Sequence record: SRR31156797_1918
Strand: one strand, 5' to 3'
DNA length: 42,270 nt
Shown here: piece by piece, positions 17,957-27,464 of the stretch
How positions within the stretch are numbered: the stretch's first letter is position 1
Layout: the number at the start of each line of letters is the position of its first letter
Made by a program: the position numbers and the translations under genes
Notes under the pieces: generated by a model
Seen by the model: the letters and a program-made list of their open reading frames with translations, nothing else
Told to the model about the DNA's origin: nothing
Database searches by the model: none

Positions 17957-20266
17957 GTGGAAAATATTTTGACCAATATTTCTTTGTTTAGAAGCCTGCG
18001 GTCACGGCTCACGTTGGCTTTTTTCGGCCTTGCTATCGGGCCAATTCTCGTTGTAGGTCTTGTTCTCTCTTTTAAAAGCATACATTCCCTGAAAAATGAG
18101 GCAATTGCCCACCAGCAAATTGAAGCTGAACGGGTAAGCATTGCTGTTGAGGATTATGTTCGTGAACTTGAGCGGGTCCTTGAATTGACTTCAAAGGCCC
18201 ATGGTTTCATGTCATTAATGCGACCGGAGCAGCAGAGTATTCTTGATGAGCTCATTGCCTATGAAAATCGTTTTGAAGCACTTACTTTGGTCGACAGTGA
18301 TGGCAATGAGTTGATCCGCAGCAACCGTATCCAGGTGGTATCCCAAGCGACTCTTGCCGATCGCGCCAATGATCCCGTCTTTCAACAAGTTGTTAAGTTC
18401 AACAGCAATTATTTCAGCCCGGTACAGTTCGACAATGTCACCGGCGAACCTCATATGACCATTGCCATACCTCTTCAATCTTTCCAAACCGGAGATATTA
18501 AATATGTTCTGTTTGGAACTATTCGCTTAAAGAAAATATGGGATCTCCTTGCCAGTATAACACACCCCGATCAATCAATTTTTATCGTCGATGGCCAGGG
18601 AAATATTATTGGACACCCTGACCCCTCCGTAACGCTTAGCGGGCAGAAATTTCAGCTTCCAACCACTTCCTCTGGAATTGCTACCGGGTTGAACGGAGGC
18701 GAAGTTGTCATAGCGACCAAACGATTGGTATTTGGAGAACAATCGATTCACATCATTGCTCAGACTGAGATTGTCAAGGCACTACACCTTTCTCAAGAGA
18801 TTATCTTTATCAGTTTACTGGTCGTGGTTATCGCATTGATTCTGGCTACCTCCTTATCTTCTCTTGTTATTGGTGCAATTATTCATCCCCTGGAACATCT
18901 TGCTTCTGTTGCACGTATCATTCAACAGGGTGATCTTGATCAACAGGTTGAGTACAGTCGTAACGATGAGGTCGGTGAACTCGGACGTGCCTTCAATGAT
19001 ATGACCATGAGATTACGTTCAACTATTGAAAATCTTGAAAATGAAATTGCAGAACGAAATAATGAAATTGCAGAGCGGAAAAAGACTGAAAAGGAAAAGA
19101 AAGAGCTGACAAAACAGTTGCAGCAAGCCCAAAAAATGGAAGCCATCGGAACACTGGCTGGCGGGATTGCCCATGATTTTAACAACATCCTTGCTGCCAT
19201 TCTCGGCTATTCGGAAATGATCCGTATGGGCAGTCAAGCCGACTCAAAAACCACCGGGTATATCGATCAAGTCATCAAAGCCGGCAACAGAGCAAAAGAA
19301 CTTGTTAAACAGATACTGGCTTTTAGCCGACAGGCCGCGACTGAAAGAATTCTCATACAGCCGGCAGCAATCATAAAAGATGCCATTAAGCTGTTACGTC
19401 CTTCTCTGCCGACAACCATTAAGATTAAACAGGATATAGCTCCAGATGTGGGTTTCATTTTGGCAGACCCAAACCAGATTCATCAGGTGCTCATGAATCT
19501 TTGTACCAATGCCTTCCACACCATGGAAATTCCTGGTGGGACCCTCACCATTTCACTGCACACCAAGGTGATCACCTCTGAAGAACTTGGCGACAAGCAA
19601 AACCTACAACCAGGCACTTTTATGCAACTGTCGGTTTGGGATAGCGGTGCAGGGATTCCCCCAGATATCAGAAAGAGAATATTTGATCCTTACTTCACTA
19701 CCAAGGAAGTAGGCAAAGGTACGGGTATGGGCCTTGCTATGGTCCATGGAATAGTCCAAAGCCACGGAGGATTTATTACCTGTGAAAGCCAACTTAACGT
19801 TGGAACAGTTTTTCACGTTTTTCTTCCAATTGCAGAGGCCGTGGCTTTCTCAGAGAGCGAAACCCCGGAGCTTATTCCGACTGGTAAGGAGCACATTCTC
19901 TTAATAGATGACGAGGACATGCTTCTTGAGATGGGTAAGACGATGTTGGAACGTCTGGGCTACACGGTTACAGCTTATTCAAATGGCATCGCTGCACTCA
20001 CCACAATCCAAAATCAGCCGGATAAGTATGACCTTATAATTACAGATCAGACTATGCCGAGTATAACCGGAATTGACATTAGCCACCGCATTTTACAAAT
20101 ATGTCCAGATATGCCGATAATTCTCTGTACCGGATATAGCACCAATTTTTCTGAAGAAAAAATAAAATCCATGGGGATCGGAGGATTTGCAATGAAACCT
20201 ATCACCCTAAAGGAAATCGCCGTACTAATCAGGAATGTGTTGGAGAAAAATGACTTAGGGGAATGA
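17957..20266 (+). CDS. Membrane hybrid sensor kinase: TM, Cache-like, TM, HAMP, HisKA, HATPase, REC
   Basis: Two TM helices; HAMP DEVGELGRAFNDM; AGGIAHDFNNIL; NLCTNA, DSGAGI, GTGMGL; receiver LIDDED, ITDQTMP, KP. Confidence 0.93.
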   Translation: MENILTNISLFRSLRSRLTLAFFGLAIGPILVVGLVLSFKSIHSLKNEAIAHQQIEAERVSIAVEDYVRELERVLELTSKAHGFMSLMRPEQQSILDELIAYENRFEALTLVDSDGNELIRSNRIQVVSQATLADRANDPVFQQVVKFNSNYFSPVQFDNVTGEPHMTIAIPLQSFQTGDIKYVLFGTIRLKKIWDLLASITHPDQSIFIVDGQGNIIGHPDPSVTLSGQKFQLPTTSSGIATGLNGGEVVIATKRLVFGEQSIHIIAQTEIVKALHLSQEIIFISLLVVVIALILATSLSSLVIGAIIHPLEHLASVARIIQQGDLDQQVEYSRNDEVGELGRAFNDMTMRLRSTIENLENEIAERNNEIAERKKTEKEKKELTKQLQQAQKMEAIGTLAGGIAHDFNNILAAILGYSEMIRMGSQADSKTTGYIDQVIKAGNRAKELVKQILAFSRQAATERILIQPAAIIKDAIKLLRPSLPTTIKIKQDIAPDVGFILADPNQIHQVLMNLCTNAFHTMEIPGGTLTISLHTKVITSEELGDKQNLQPGTFMQLSVWDSGAGIPPDIRKRIFDPYFTTKEVGKGTGMGLAMVHGIVQSHGGFITCESQLNVGTVFHVFLPIAEAVAFSESETPELIPTGKEHILLIDDEDMLLEMGKTMLERLGYTVTAYSNGIAALTTIQNQPDKYDLIITDQTMPSITGIDISHRILQICPDMPIILCTGYSTNFSEEKIKSMGIGGFAMKPITLKEIAVLIRNVLEKNDLGE

Positions 20267-20554
20267 GAGCTGATCGTTTTAGGTCAATTTTGAGTAGCCA
20301 GCGGGAATGAAACCTGGAAGGTCTCTCAAAACGAGTAATTTGCTACATTATTCAGGGCGTCCTGTCACTGTTAAGAGTTTTGAGAATGCCATAATAACCA
20401 TTTAATGGGATTGGTTGACAAGAGATCCCTCTTTTTCCCTTGAGCATTATTGATTCCTTCAAGTACAGGTTTCAATGTTCCGCGGATTAATTTTCGCAAA
20501 CTGCACATGGATCAGAAAAAGTTCGAAATCAATCCTCTCTCTACAATAAATCAA

Positions 20555-20583
20555 TTGACATTTATTAGAAGTAGATCTAACGT
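20555..20583 (+). promoter_or_regulatory. Sigma70 promoter of the TetR gene
   Basis: TTGACA (20555-20560), 17 nt, TAACGT (20578-20583), immediately upstream of operator copy 1. Confidence 0.65.
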
Positions 20584-20590
20584 CACTCAT

Positions 20591-20610
20591 TAGAATGAAC
20601 ATTCGTTTTA
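20591..20610. promoter_or_regulatory. Palindromic operator copy 1 (probable TetR site)
   Basis: TAGAATGAACATTCGTTTTA at the predicted transcription start. Confidence 0.75.
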
Positions 20611-20624
20611 AGAGAGATACTTTT

Positions 20625-21212
20625 ATGACAACACCCGCGAAAAAGCGATCGCAGGATTTGGAAAGCCTAATTTTTAAAACAGCTCTTAAGCTGTTTACAA
20701 AAAAAGGTTACTTTAATACCTCGGTTCACGACATCCAAAAAGAAGCGAATGTCAGCATTGGCAGCATTTATCACTATTTTAAAAATAAAGAAGCCATAGC
20801 CAGGGCAATTTACAACGACTTAATCCTCCATATGGAAATGGCGATGATGGAAATAAAAAATACCCATCACACAACCCAAGCCAGGGGACATGCAGTTATA
20901 AACTATTTATTTGATTTAGCGGAAAAATCCCCAGATAAAATGCACTATTTACTCTATGCCACACACAAAGAGTTTATGCCTGAAGAAAAATCCATTTGTT
21001 CTTCTGCTCCTTTTACAATAATACGCGAGATGGTGAGTGAAGGGGTGGAAAATGGTGAGATTCGTAACATGGATCCTGTGGTTGCCAGTGCATGCCTGAT
21101 TGGAGGAACACTTCGTATTATACGGTTGGACTTAGATACTTTTCTCGAAAAACCGATATCGCACTATTTGGAGGAAATTTGGGAGTGCTCATGGGCATCA
21201 ATTGCAGCCTGA
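20625..21212 (+). CDS. TetR/AcrR-family transcriptional regulator
   Basis: ALKLFTKKGYFNTSVHDIQKEANVSIGSIYHYFKNKEAI helix-turn-helix; ATG 20625 preferred because ATG 20595 lies within the operator. Confidence 0.92.
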   Translation: MTTPAKKRSQDLESLIFKTALKLFTKKGYFNTSVHDIQKEANVSIGSIYHYFKNKEAIARAIYNDLILHMEMAMMEIKNTHHTTQARGHAVINYLFDLAEKSPDKMHYLLYATHKEFMPEEKSICSSAPFTIIREMVSEGVENGEIRNMDPVVASACLIGGTLRIIRLDLDTFLEKPISHYLEEIWECSWASIAA

Positions 21213-21343
21213 TCTTTTATAGGTAACTATTAAGCAGCACCCCTCGAGTCTGCGCTTAACTCTCCCCACAATCAGACAGAAAACACAATCTTTTTATTGG
21301 CTACTTGTTGAACAGTTCTTGTTGTGTTTTTCTTGCCTGCCCA

Positions 21344-21363
21344 CTGAACGAACATTCATTCTA
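21344..21363. promoter_or_regulatory. Palindromic operator copy 2
   Basis: CTGAACGAACATTCATTCTA. Confidence 0.75.
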
Positions 21364-21429
21364 ATTCGTAATGGAGACGAGTTCCTCCCGCATAGTTTTA
21401 CATTATGAGTGTATTTTTCTTATCACAGT

Positions 21430-21449
21430 TAGAACGAACATTCATTTTA
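21430..21449. promoter_or_regulatory. Palindromic operator copy 3
   Basis: TAGAACGAACATTCATTTTA. Confidence 0.75.
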
Positions 21450-21513
21450 AAAATATTCTTATCTACGTTGATATTGAATCTATTCATTACTTACTTGACG
21501 AAAGGAGAACGAA

Positions 21514-22923
21514 ATGAAATCCACAGATGTAGCAATTATTGGCGGTTCCGCAGCAGGTTTAATGGCAGCAGTTACTTTAAAAAAACGTAATCCAGAGAAA
21601 AAAGTTACCGTCATTCGTAACGTCGAGAAAACTCCGGTTCCATGCGGCATACCGTATATCTATGGAACCTTAAAAAAGGTTGAAAAAAACATTATTCCGG
21701 ATCAGAATTTCCTTAATATGGGGATCGAGATCATGTACCTGGAAGTGGAGAGCATAGATCGAGAAAACAATAGTATTACCTTTGTAGACGGAACTGCTCT
21801 TGCCTATGACAAGCTCATCCTTGGTAACGGGTCAAAACCATTTGTTCCCCCCATAAAAGGTATTGATCTAGATAACGTATTTGTCGTAGAGAAAGACCCT
21901 AGTCGTTTACAGGCATTATATACTGCATTGCAAACAGCAAAAAATGTGGTTGTGGTTGGAGGTGGTTTTATTGGTGTCGAGATGGCGGAACAAATCGCTC
22001 TCATGGCAGATGCTGATTCTACTGAAAAGAACACTATCAAGGTCAGTATCATTGAAATGCTCCCTCATTGCCTGATGATGGCCTGTGAAGAGGAATTTTG
22101 CATTCAGGCTGAAAGTGAGCTTGAAAAAATGGGCGTCAACGTCATGACCAATCGAGGAGTACAGGAATTTAAGGGTCAAGGTAGTGTCAATGCGGTCCAA
22201 CTCGCAGACGGCAGTCAACTGGATGCTGATTTAGTACTCGTCTGCATCGGTGCAACACCTAACATTGAACTTGCTGAAAAATGCGGCCTGGAAGCAGATC
22301 CACGTCAAGGTGTGCTTGTGAACGAATACATGCAAACCAAAGACGCGGATATCTATGCTGCCGGCGACTGCGCAACAAAAACATCTTTTATTACTGGTAA
22401 AGCCAGCGGTATCAGGCTGGCCTCTGTTGCCTGTAGTGAAGGAATGATTGCAGCCAGCAATTTGTATAATGCCTTTCAGCGAAAAAATCTGGGTGCACTC
22501 GGCGCTTTTGCAACCAAGGTCGGGGCCCATTCCATAGCTGCAGCAGGATTAACATCTAAGGCCGCTTATGATGAGGGTATTGAGGTGGTGGTCGGTGAAG
22601 CGACAACACCCAATCGACATCCTGCCAGTTTGCCGGACTGTATTACCGAAATGAAAGCAAAACTACTGTTTCGAAAGGATAACGGTATAATTATTGGCGG
22701 TCATGTTATTGGTGGAGAGGCTACGGCCGACATGGTTAACGCCATTTCCGTTGCTATTCAAACCGGAACAACCGCAGAGGAACTGGCAACCATGCAATAC
22801 GCCACCCACCCTCTCTTAACAGCTTCACCACTCTTCTACCATATCATGCTTGCAGCGGAGAATGGCGCTATTCAGCTAACGAGCACTTCCATAACAAAGA
22901 AACTTAATAAGGAAGCGGCTTAA
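21514..22923 (+). CDS. FAD-dependent pyridine nucleotide-disulfide oxidoreductase (NADH oxidase / CoA-disulfide reductase-like)
   Basis: IIGGSAAG, single redox Cys in PCGIPY, VVGGGFIGVEMA, IYAAGDC, C-terminal dimerisation domain; RBS AAAGGAG. Confidence 0.9.
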   Translation: MKSTDVAIIGGSAAGLMAAVTLKKRNPEKKVTVIRNVEKTPVPCGIPYIYGTLKKVEKNIIPDQNFLNMGIEIMYLEVESIDRENNSITFVDGTALAYDKLILGNGSKPFVPPIKGIDLDNVFVVEKDPSRLQALYTALQTAKNVVVVGGGFIGVEMAEQIALMADADSTEKNTIKVSIIEMLPHCLMMACEEEFCIQAESELEKMGVNVMTNRGVQEFKGQGSVNAVQLADGSQLDADLVLVCIGATPNIELAEKCGLEADPRQGVLVNEYMQTKDADIYAAGDCATKTSFITGKASGIRLASVACSEGMIAASNLYNAFQRKNLGALGAFATKVGAHSIAAAGLTSKAAYDEGIEVVVGEATTPNRHPASLPDCITEMKAKLLFRKDNGIIIGGHVIGGEATADMVNAISVAIQTGTTAEELATMQYATHPLLTASPLFYHIMLAAENGAIQLTSTSITKKLNKEAA

Positions 22924-23545
22924 CAAAAAAACGCTGCCTGTATAAAGCTCCTTGTACCTAATATGATATGGGCTTTATACAGTGCAGCAGCTGTGGGCCG
23001 CCTCTGTTGATACAATAAATAATAAATGCTCTGTCTTTGATCACTTCATCACCGGCCCCATTCCTGCCGATAAAATGAATTTCCAGCGGCTTTATCCTGT
23101 AGCCATAAATCTTTTCCAAATATTTTAATGCTATGATCTCTTCCATATCCTTATTATAGGGATAAGATATGTACAAAATCCGAAATTATTGCATATTGTC
23201 GATGTGCTTTGACATAAAATGCTTATTAATCAACTCTTTCCAACACCAAGCTTTGTAAGCTAAGGGACCGGCATGAGTGGGGATCTGTCTCAGATGGTTC
23301 CTTATACGAAAGCAAAGAGGTACTGCATGTCGTTTCTATGCTCGGATCGAAGGTGCAGAAAAAGGTGAAGGAGAGATTATGGATAGTAAGAGTTCTCATG
23401 CACCCCGCAAGTAACGATTTACATGCCATGAAGCCAGGCAGGAAAAAAATTGCTCAAAAACCAAGCAATTCTCTCAAAAATCAAACTGATCTGACATAGA
23501 GATTATTATGTCAAAACATCCTATACAGGACACAAAGAGTACAAA

Positions 23546-23911
23546 ATGGGTGAAACAGTCGTAATTTTAGGAGCAAGTGAAAAACCTAATAGATATGCCT
23601 ACAAGGCGATGCAGTCTTTAACCAGTCACGGCCATCAAGTGTTTTTGGTCAATCCTTTTAAGAAAAAAATAGAAGAGCAGCATTGTCACGATTCTGTTCG
23701 CAATATCAGCGAACAAATCGAAACTATAACCCTGTATGTTAATCCGCAAAGATTCCAGGATCATATAGATGACGTCATTGCAGCCGCGCCTAAACGCGTT
23801 ATTATGAACCCTGGCACAGAAGACGATGATGCTGAAAAAAGGTTAAAAAACGAAGGCATTGAGGTACTGCGAGCATGTACTCTGGTAATGCTGTCAACCA
23901 ATCAGTATTAA
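23546..23911 (+). CDS. CoA-binding protein (YccU-like)
   Basis: VVILGASEKPNRYAY, VNP, MNPGTE, ACTLVML. Confidence 0.9.
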   Translation: MGETVVILGASEKPNRYAYKAMQSLTSHGHQVFLVNPFKKKIEEQHCHDSVRNISEQIETITLYVNPQRFQDHIDDVIAAAPKRVIMNPGTEDDDAEKRLKNEGIEVLRACTLVMLSTNQY

Positions 23912-23913
23912 AG

Positions 23914-24158
23914 GCTGCAGAGGAGATGAGACTACTATGTCATCTGTTGCTGCTACGGTTGAGGGAACATCTACTAATATTACAATTGTAGCGGATTCTG
24001 TCAGTGACAATGTAGCCCAAAGCTCCATTGTTGCCACTGAGGTAGACAGCGAGTCTGATGCCATGGACTCCTCGAGCACTATACTTGCCGGTTCGGCTGA
24101 AAAGCTTAATAAACTCGCGGGGGAACTTTCCCCGTTAGTAAAACACTTTAGAGTGTAA
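23914..24158 (+). pseudogene. Internally deleted, frameshifted methyl-accepting chemotaxis protein remnant
   Basis: AAEEM[frameshift]TTMSSVAATVEGTSTNITIVA joined to NVAQSSIVA...LVKHFRV; both parts match separate segments of the MCP at 37782..39779; hairpin tip absent. Confidence 0.8.
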
Positions 24159-24226
24159 GGTGTTAGACCTATTCCCGGATTTTTAGTACATTTCTTTAAA
24201 CATCCATCTATACAAAAGGAGAGACC

Positions 24227-24547
24227 ATGTTTGCTGTGATTGTTAAGGTACAGATAAAACCGGAACATCGAGAAGAATTCATTGAAGCCATGCTCGCCGA
24301 TGGCCGCGGATCCGTAGATAAAGAGCCAGATTGCCTACTCTTCAATATTGTTGAAGACCACTCTGATCCCAACAAATTACACCTCTACGAAGTCTACACC
24401 AGTGAAAAGGCTTTCGAGATTCATAAAGAAACACCGCACTTTAAGACATGGTTGGAGAGTACAGAGAACTGGCTCGCGGCTCCTCTAGACATCTCAACCG
24501 GCAGTCACCTCTTTCCATCTGATTCGGTCTGGCAAAAACAACAATAG
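24227..24547 (+). CDS. Antibiotic biosynthesis monooxygenase (ABM)-family protein, LsrG/YgiN-like
   Basis: VKVQIKPEHREEF, EPDCLLFNI, LYEVY, HKETPHF; RBS AAGGAG. Confidence 0.85.
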   Translation: MFAVIVKVQIKPEHREEFIEAMLADGRGSVDKEPDCLLFNIVEDHSDPNKLHLYEVYTSEKAFEIHKETPHFKTWLESTENWLAAPLDISTGSHLFPSDSVWQKQQ

Positions 24548-24657
24548 CTAACCGTATACTGGATATAGCAGCGCTCCTGAAAGAGTACCAAAATTAAGGA
24601 GCGCTTAGACTTTAGTCCGCCTTGAAACACATTTCGTAAACGAAGAGGTATTCAATC

Positions 24658-25005
24658 ATGAACAATTCATTAAAAATACTGCTCATAATAGGGATCCTTC
24701 TGTCTGTGGGTGTGCCCCCTTTATCTGCTAAAATTGCCTATGATCAGACGGATAAAAAAGAGTGGATGGAGCACTGCATGGGAGTAGTCCAGGCGGTATT
24801 AGGAGATGAATCAGCCCAATTTGAAAAAGTGTTTTTTACTCTCAGTGCTGACAATGTCCCTTTTACCTGCGGCCAAATGAAGGTTCAAAAAAAATCCGGT
24901 ACAGAAAAAAACACACGATTTTTCTCGGGCGGTACAGCTGAATTAACACATATAGAAGGCAAGGAAGCAGGTTTTGAGGCATTATGGGATATCTACTGCA
25001 AATAA
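24658..25005 (+). CDS. Small exported hypothetical protein
   Basis: Signal peptide; RBS GAGG; three Cys. Confidence 0.65.
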   Translation: MNNSLKILLIIGILLSVGVPPLSAKIAYDQTDKKEWMEHCMGVVQAVLGDESAQFEKVFFTLSADNVPFTCGQMKVQKKSGTEKNTRFFSGGTAELTHIEGKEAGFEALWDIYCK

Positions 25006-25129
25006 TCCCTCAATACAGCCCAGTAACGCCTGACAATCTGATATCACCTGCTCCCTTTTACTAATCACGCCTCATGATTTCTTTTTGCGAAGGCATATTA
25101 TGCTACCCCCCACACTGAAGTAGCCCCTA

Positions 25130-26404
25130 TCAGGAGCGCCATTTGCTCTCATCCAGTTCCTTTTCGGTCTTACCGACGATGCAGGTAATGGCCAGGTCAC
25201 CGGTAATGTTGCAGGCAGTTCGTCCCATATCCAATAACGCATCAATCCCGAAAATCATCGCATACGCCATGGCAACCGGCGTTCCCGGTTCTACCCGTAG
25301 GCCAACTGAATTAAGCACCATCATCAGCATGAGTGCCCCTGCTCCTGGGACTCCGGCAGTTCCGATGGAGGCTAACACAGCCGTGGCAATAACGGTCATC
25401 TGTTGTTCAAAGTTCAAAGGTGCACCAATGGCAAAACCAATGAAAATGGCACATACGCCCTGGTAAATAGCGGTACCATCCATGTTAATGGTTGCTCCCA
25501 GGGGCAATGAGAAAGAATACACCCCTTTTGAAACACCCATCTCTTCATCCGCCACCTCCATACTCACCGGCAGAGTACCACCGCTGCTTCGAGTCACAAA
25601 ACCGGTCACAATTGCTTTCTTGGCTTTGACAAAAAATTTAAAGGGAGAAAGTCCAAAAACAGCAAGACCTGCCCCATACACTAAAAACATATGGCCCGCA
25701 AAGGCCAGGTAAACCGCTAGAGTGGTTAGCCCAAGAGGGCCAAAAGCGTCCGCTCCCTGGGTCCCAAAAACCACGGCAATCAGTGCAAAGACACCAATAG
25801 GCGCATACTGCAGTATCCAGTGGACCACAAGGTACATAACTTCTGCACCCCCTTCAAAAAAACGAAACACCGTTGCCGCAGCATTTTTAATACGTTCATC
25901 CTCACTTTCTCTCAAAAAAGCAATGCCAATACCAAACATGAGGCAGAAAAAAATGGTAGGAAGTATATCACCAGAGGTGATGGCATTGAATGGATTCACC
26001 GGTACAATATTAATAATGGTATCAATCAATGAAGGAGTTTCCAGAGTGGCTTTGGCAACGTCACCTCCAGCTCCTGTCAAATCAAGTCCTTTTCCAGGTT
26101 TAAAAATATTGCCAAACAACAAACCTAGGCCAACGGCAAATCCTGTGGTGACCATGTATATTCCCAGTGCCTTGACCCCCACACGGCCAAGACGAGCGGG
26201 ATGAACACTTGCTGCTCCTACTATCAAAGTGAACATAACAACAGGCATAACGATCATTTTCAACAGCCTGACAAAAATATCACCAAACGGGGAAACCCAA
26301 CTAATATCCTCTTTAAGCACTAACCCGGCAACAGCGCCCAATATCAAACCGAGCATGATCCTGAGCAGGAGATTAGATTTAAAATACCAGCTGAAAAGTC
26401 TCAT
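25130..26404 (-). CDS. Dicarboxylate/amino acid:cation symporter (DAACS, GltP/GltPh-like)
   Basis: FVRLLKMIVMP, TRSSGGTLP, LPLGATINMDGTA, ASIGTAGVPG, DMGRTACN. Confidence 0.95.
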   Translation of the reverse strand: MRLFSWYFKSNLLLRIMLGLILGAVAGLVLKEDISWVSPFGDIFVRLLKMIVMPVVMFTLIVGAASVHPARLGRVGVKALGIYMVTTGFAVGLGLLFGNIFKPGKGLDLTGAGGDVAKATLETPSLIDTIINIVPVNPFNAITSGDILPTIFFCLMFGIGIAFLRESEDERIKNAAATVFRFFEGGAEVMYLVVHWILQYAPIGVFALIAVVFGTQGADAFGPLGLTTLAVYLAFAGHMFLVYGAGLAVFGLSPFKFFVKAKKAIVTGFVTRSSGGTLPVSMEVADEEMGVSKGVYSFSLPLGATINMDGTAIYQGVCAIFIGFAIGAPLNFEQQMTVIATAVLASIGTAGVPGAGALMLMMVLNSVGLRVEPGTPVAMAYAMIFGIDALLDMGRTACNITGDLAITCIVGKTEKELDESKWRS

Positions 26405-26419
26405 AATTGTTCTCCCTGC

Positions 26420-27346
26420 TTATTCATAGGTACCACCTTTTTCGTTAATAGCCTGGATCCTTCGCTCTTCGAGCATTGCTTTCTTTTGCTGGATAAATTT
26501 ATTGTTGAGCATTTGCGCAGGGGTCGTCGCGGCAGCAGGTGCTGGCGTCCCTGTCCATTTTAGCTGGACAAAATATTCATGAATTAAAAGATCTAAGGTT
26601 CCATCAGCTCGAATATGATCAATGAACAGGTTAAGCCAATTGAGAAAATCCTGATCGCCTTTGCGTATGGCAAAGCCGTACGATTCTTGAGTAACTGGTG
26701 CCAAGAGGGCCTTTACCTGCGGATGGAGACGGGGGTGAGTGGCTCTCCATATACGAACAAAAGGTGAGTCAGCAGTTACAGCATCTATTTCATTATTAAC
26801 AAGGGCCTTTGCCGCAGCATCGACTGTCGGATAAGTAACAATTGCCTTATCCGGAAAGAGCTGGCGCGCAAATGCCTCATGGGTCGTCCCTGCTTTAACC
26901 CCAAGTTTGAGGTTTTGGACACTTGTTAAATCAAAATAAGATTCAGCATCACTGGCAACTTTTTTTCTCTTTACCAAAGCCGCCTGGCTCACAGCAAAAT
27001 ATGGCTTGGTAAAATTCACCACAAGTCCACGTTCAACGGTTCGTGTCATCGCCGCAATAATGATATCAGCTTTTCCAGAGAGTAAGGCAGGAATCTGTTC
27101 TTCATACAATGCAGGCTGTATAAACCTCACCTTAACCCCCATATACTCTGCAAGCAGTCGAGCCAGATCAACATCCAATCCCACGGGGCTTCCATCTTTC
27201 TCCATGGAAAAAGGAGGATAGTCTTTATTAAGGGAGACGATGATTTCCCCTTTCTCCTTAATCTGCTTCATCTCGCTGGCCTGTAAATTGCTGCACAGGA
27301 TACAGCAGGCCAGAACCCCCAAAAAAAGTAGATATTGTTTTTTCAT
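26420..27346 (-). CDS. Polar amino acid substrate-binding protein (SBP family 3)
   Basis: Signal peptide; DYPPFS, GLDVDLA, DIIIAAMTRTVER, FTKPYF, YGFAIRKGD. Confidence 0.9.
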   Translation of the reverse strand: MKKQYLLFLGVLACCILCSNLQASEMKQIKEKGEIIVSLNKDYPPFSMEKDGSPVGLDVDLARLLAEYMGVKVRFIQPALYEEQIPALLSGKADIIIAAMTRTVERGLVVNFTKPYFAVSQAALVKRKKVASDAESYFDLTSVQNLKLGVKAGTTHEAFARQLFPDKAIVTYPTVDAAAKALVNNEIDAVTADSPFVRIWRATHPRLHPQVKALLAPVTQESYGFAIRKGDQDFLNWLNLFIDHIRADGTLDLLIHEYFVQLKWTGTPAPAAATTPAQMLNNKFIQQKKAMLEERRIQAINEKGGTYE

Positions 27347-27464
27347 TATTACCTCTCATACAGGTTACATTGAAAAACTATTCAGCCGATAGCCTTAAGC
27401 ACATTTCTATATATATTAACCACTTCACCATAAAAAACAATTACACAGGGACACCCAAACCAGA

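Noticed and set aside
22958-23429. Small ORFs 22958..23176 and 23226..23429
   Set aside because: No recognisable family or RBS; may be decayed sequence at the islet edge.
24570-24605. AGCGCTCCT/AGGAGCGCT hairpin (also 13770-13788 and ~39807-39848)
   Set aside because: Isolated intergenic stems with no U-tail or repeat copies; probably ordinary mRNA structures.
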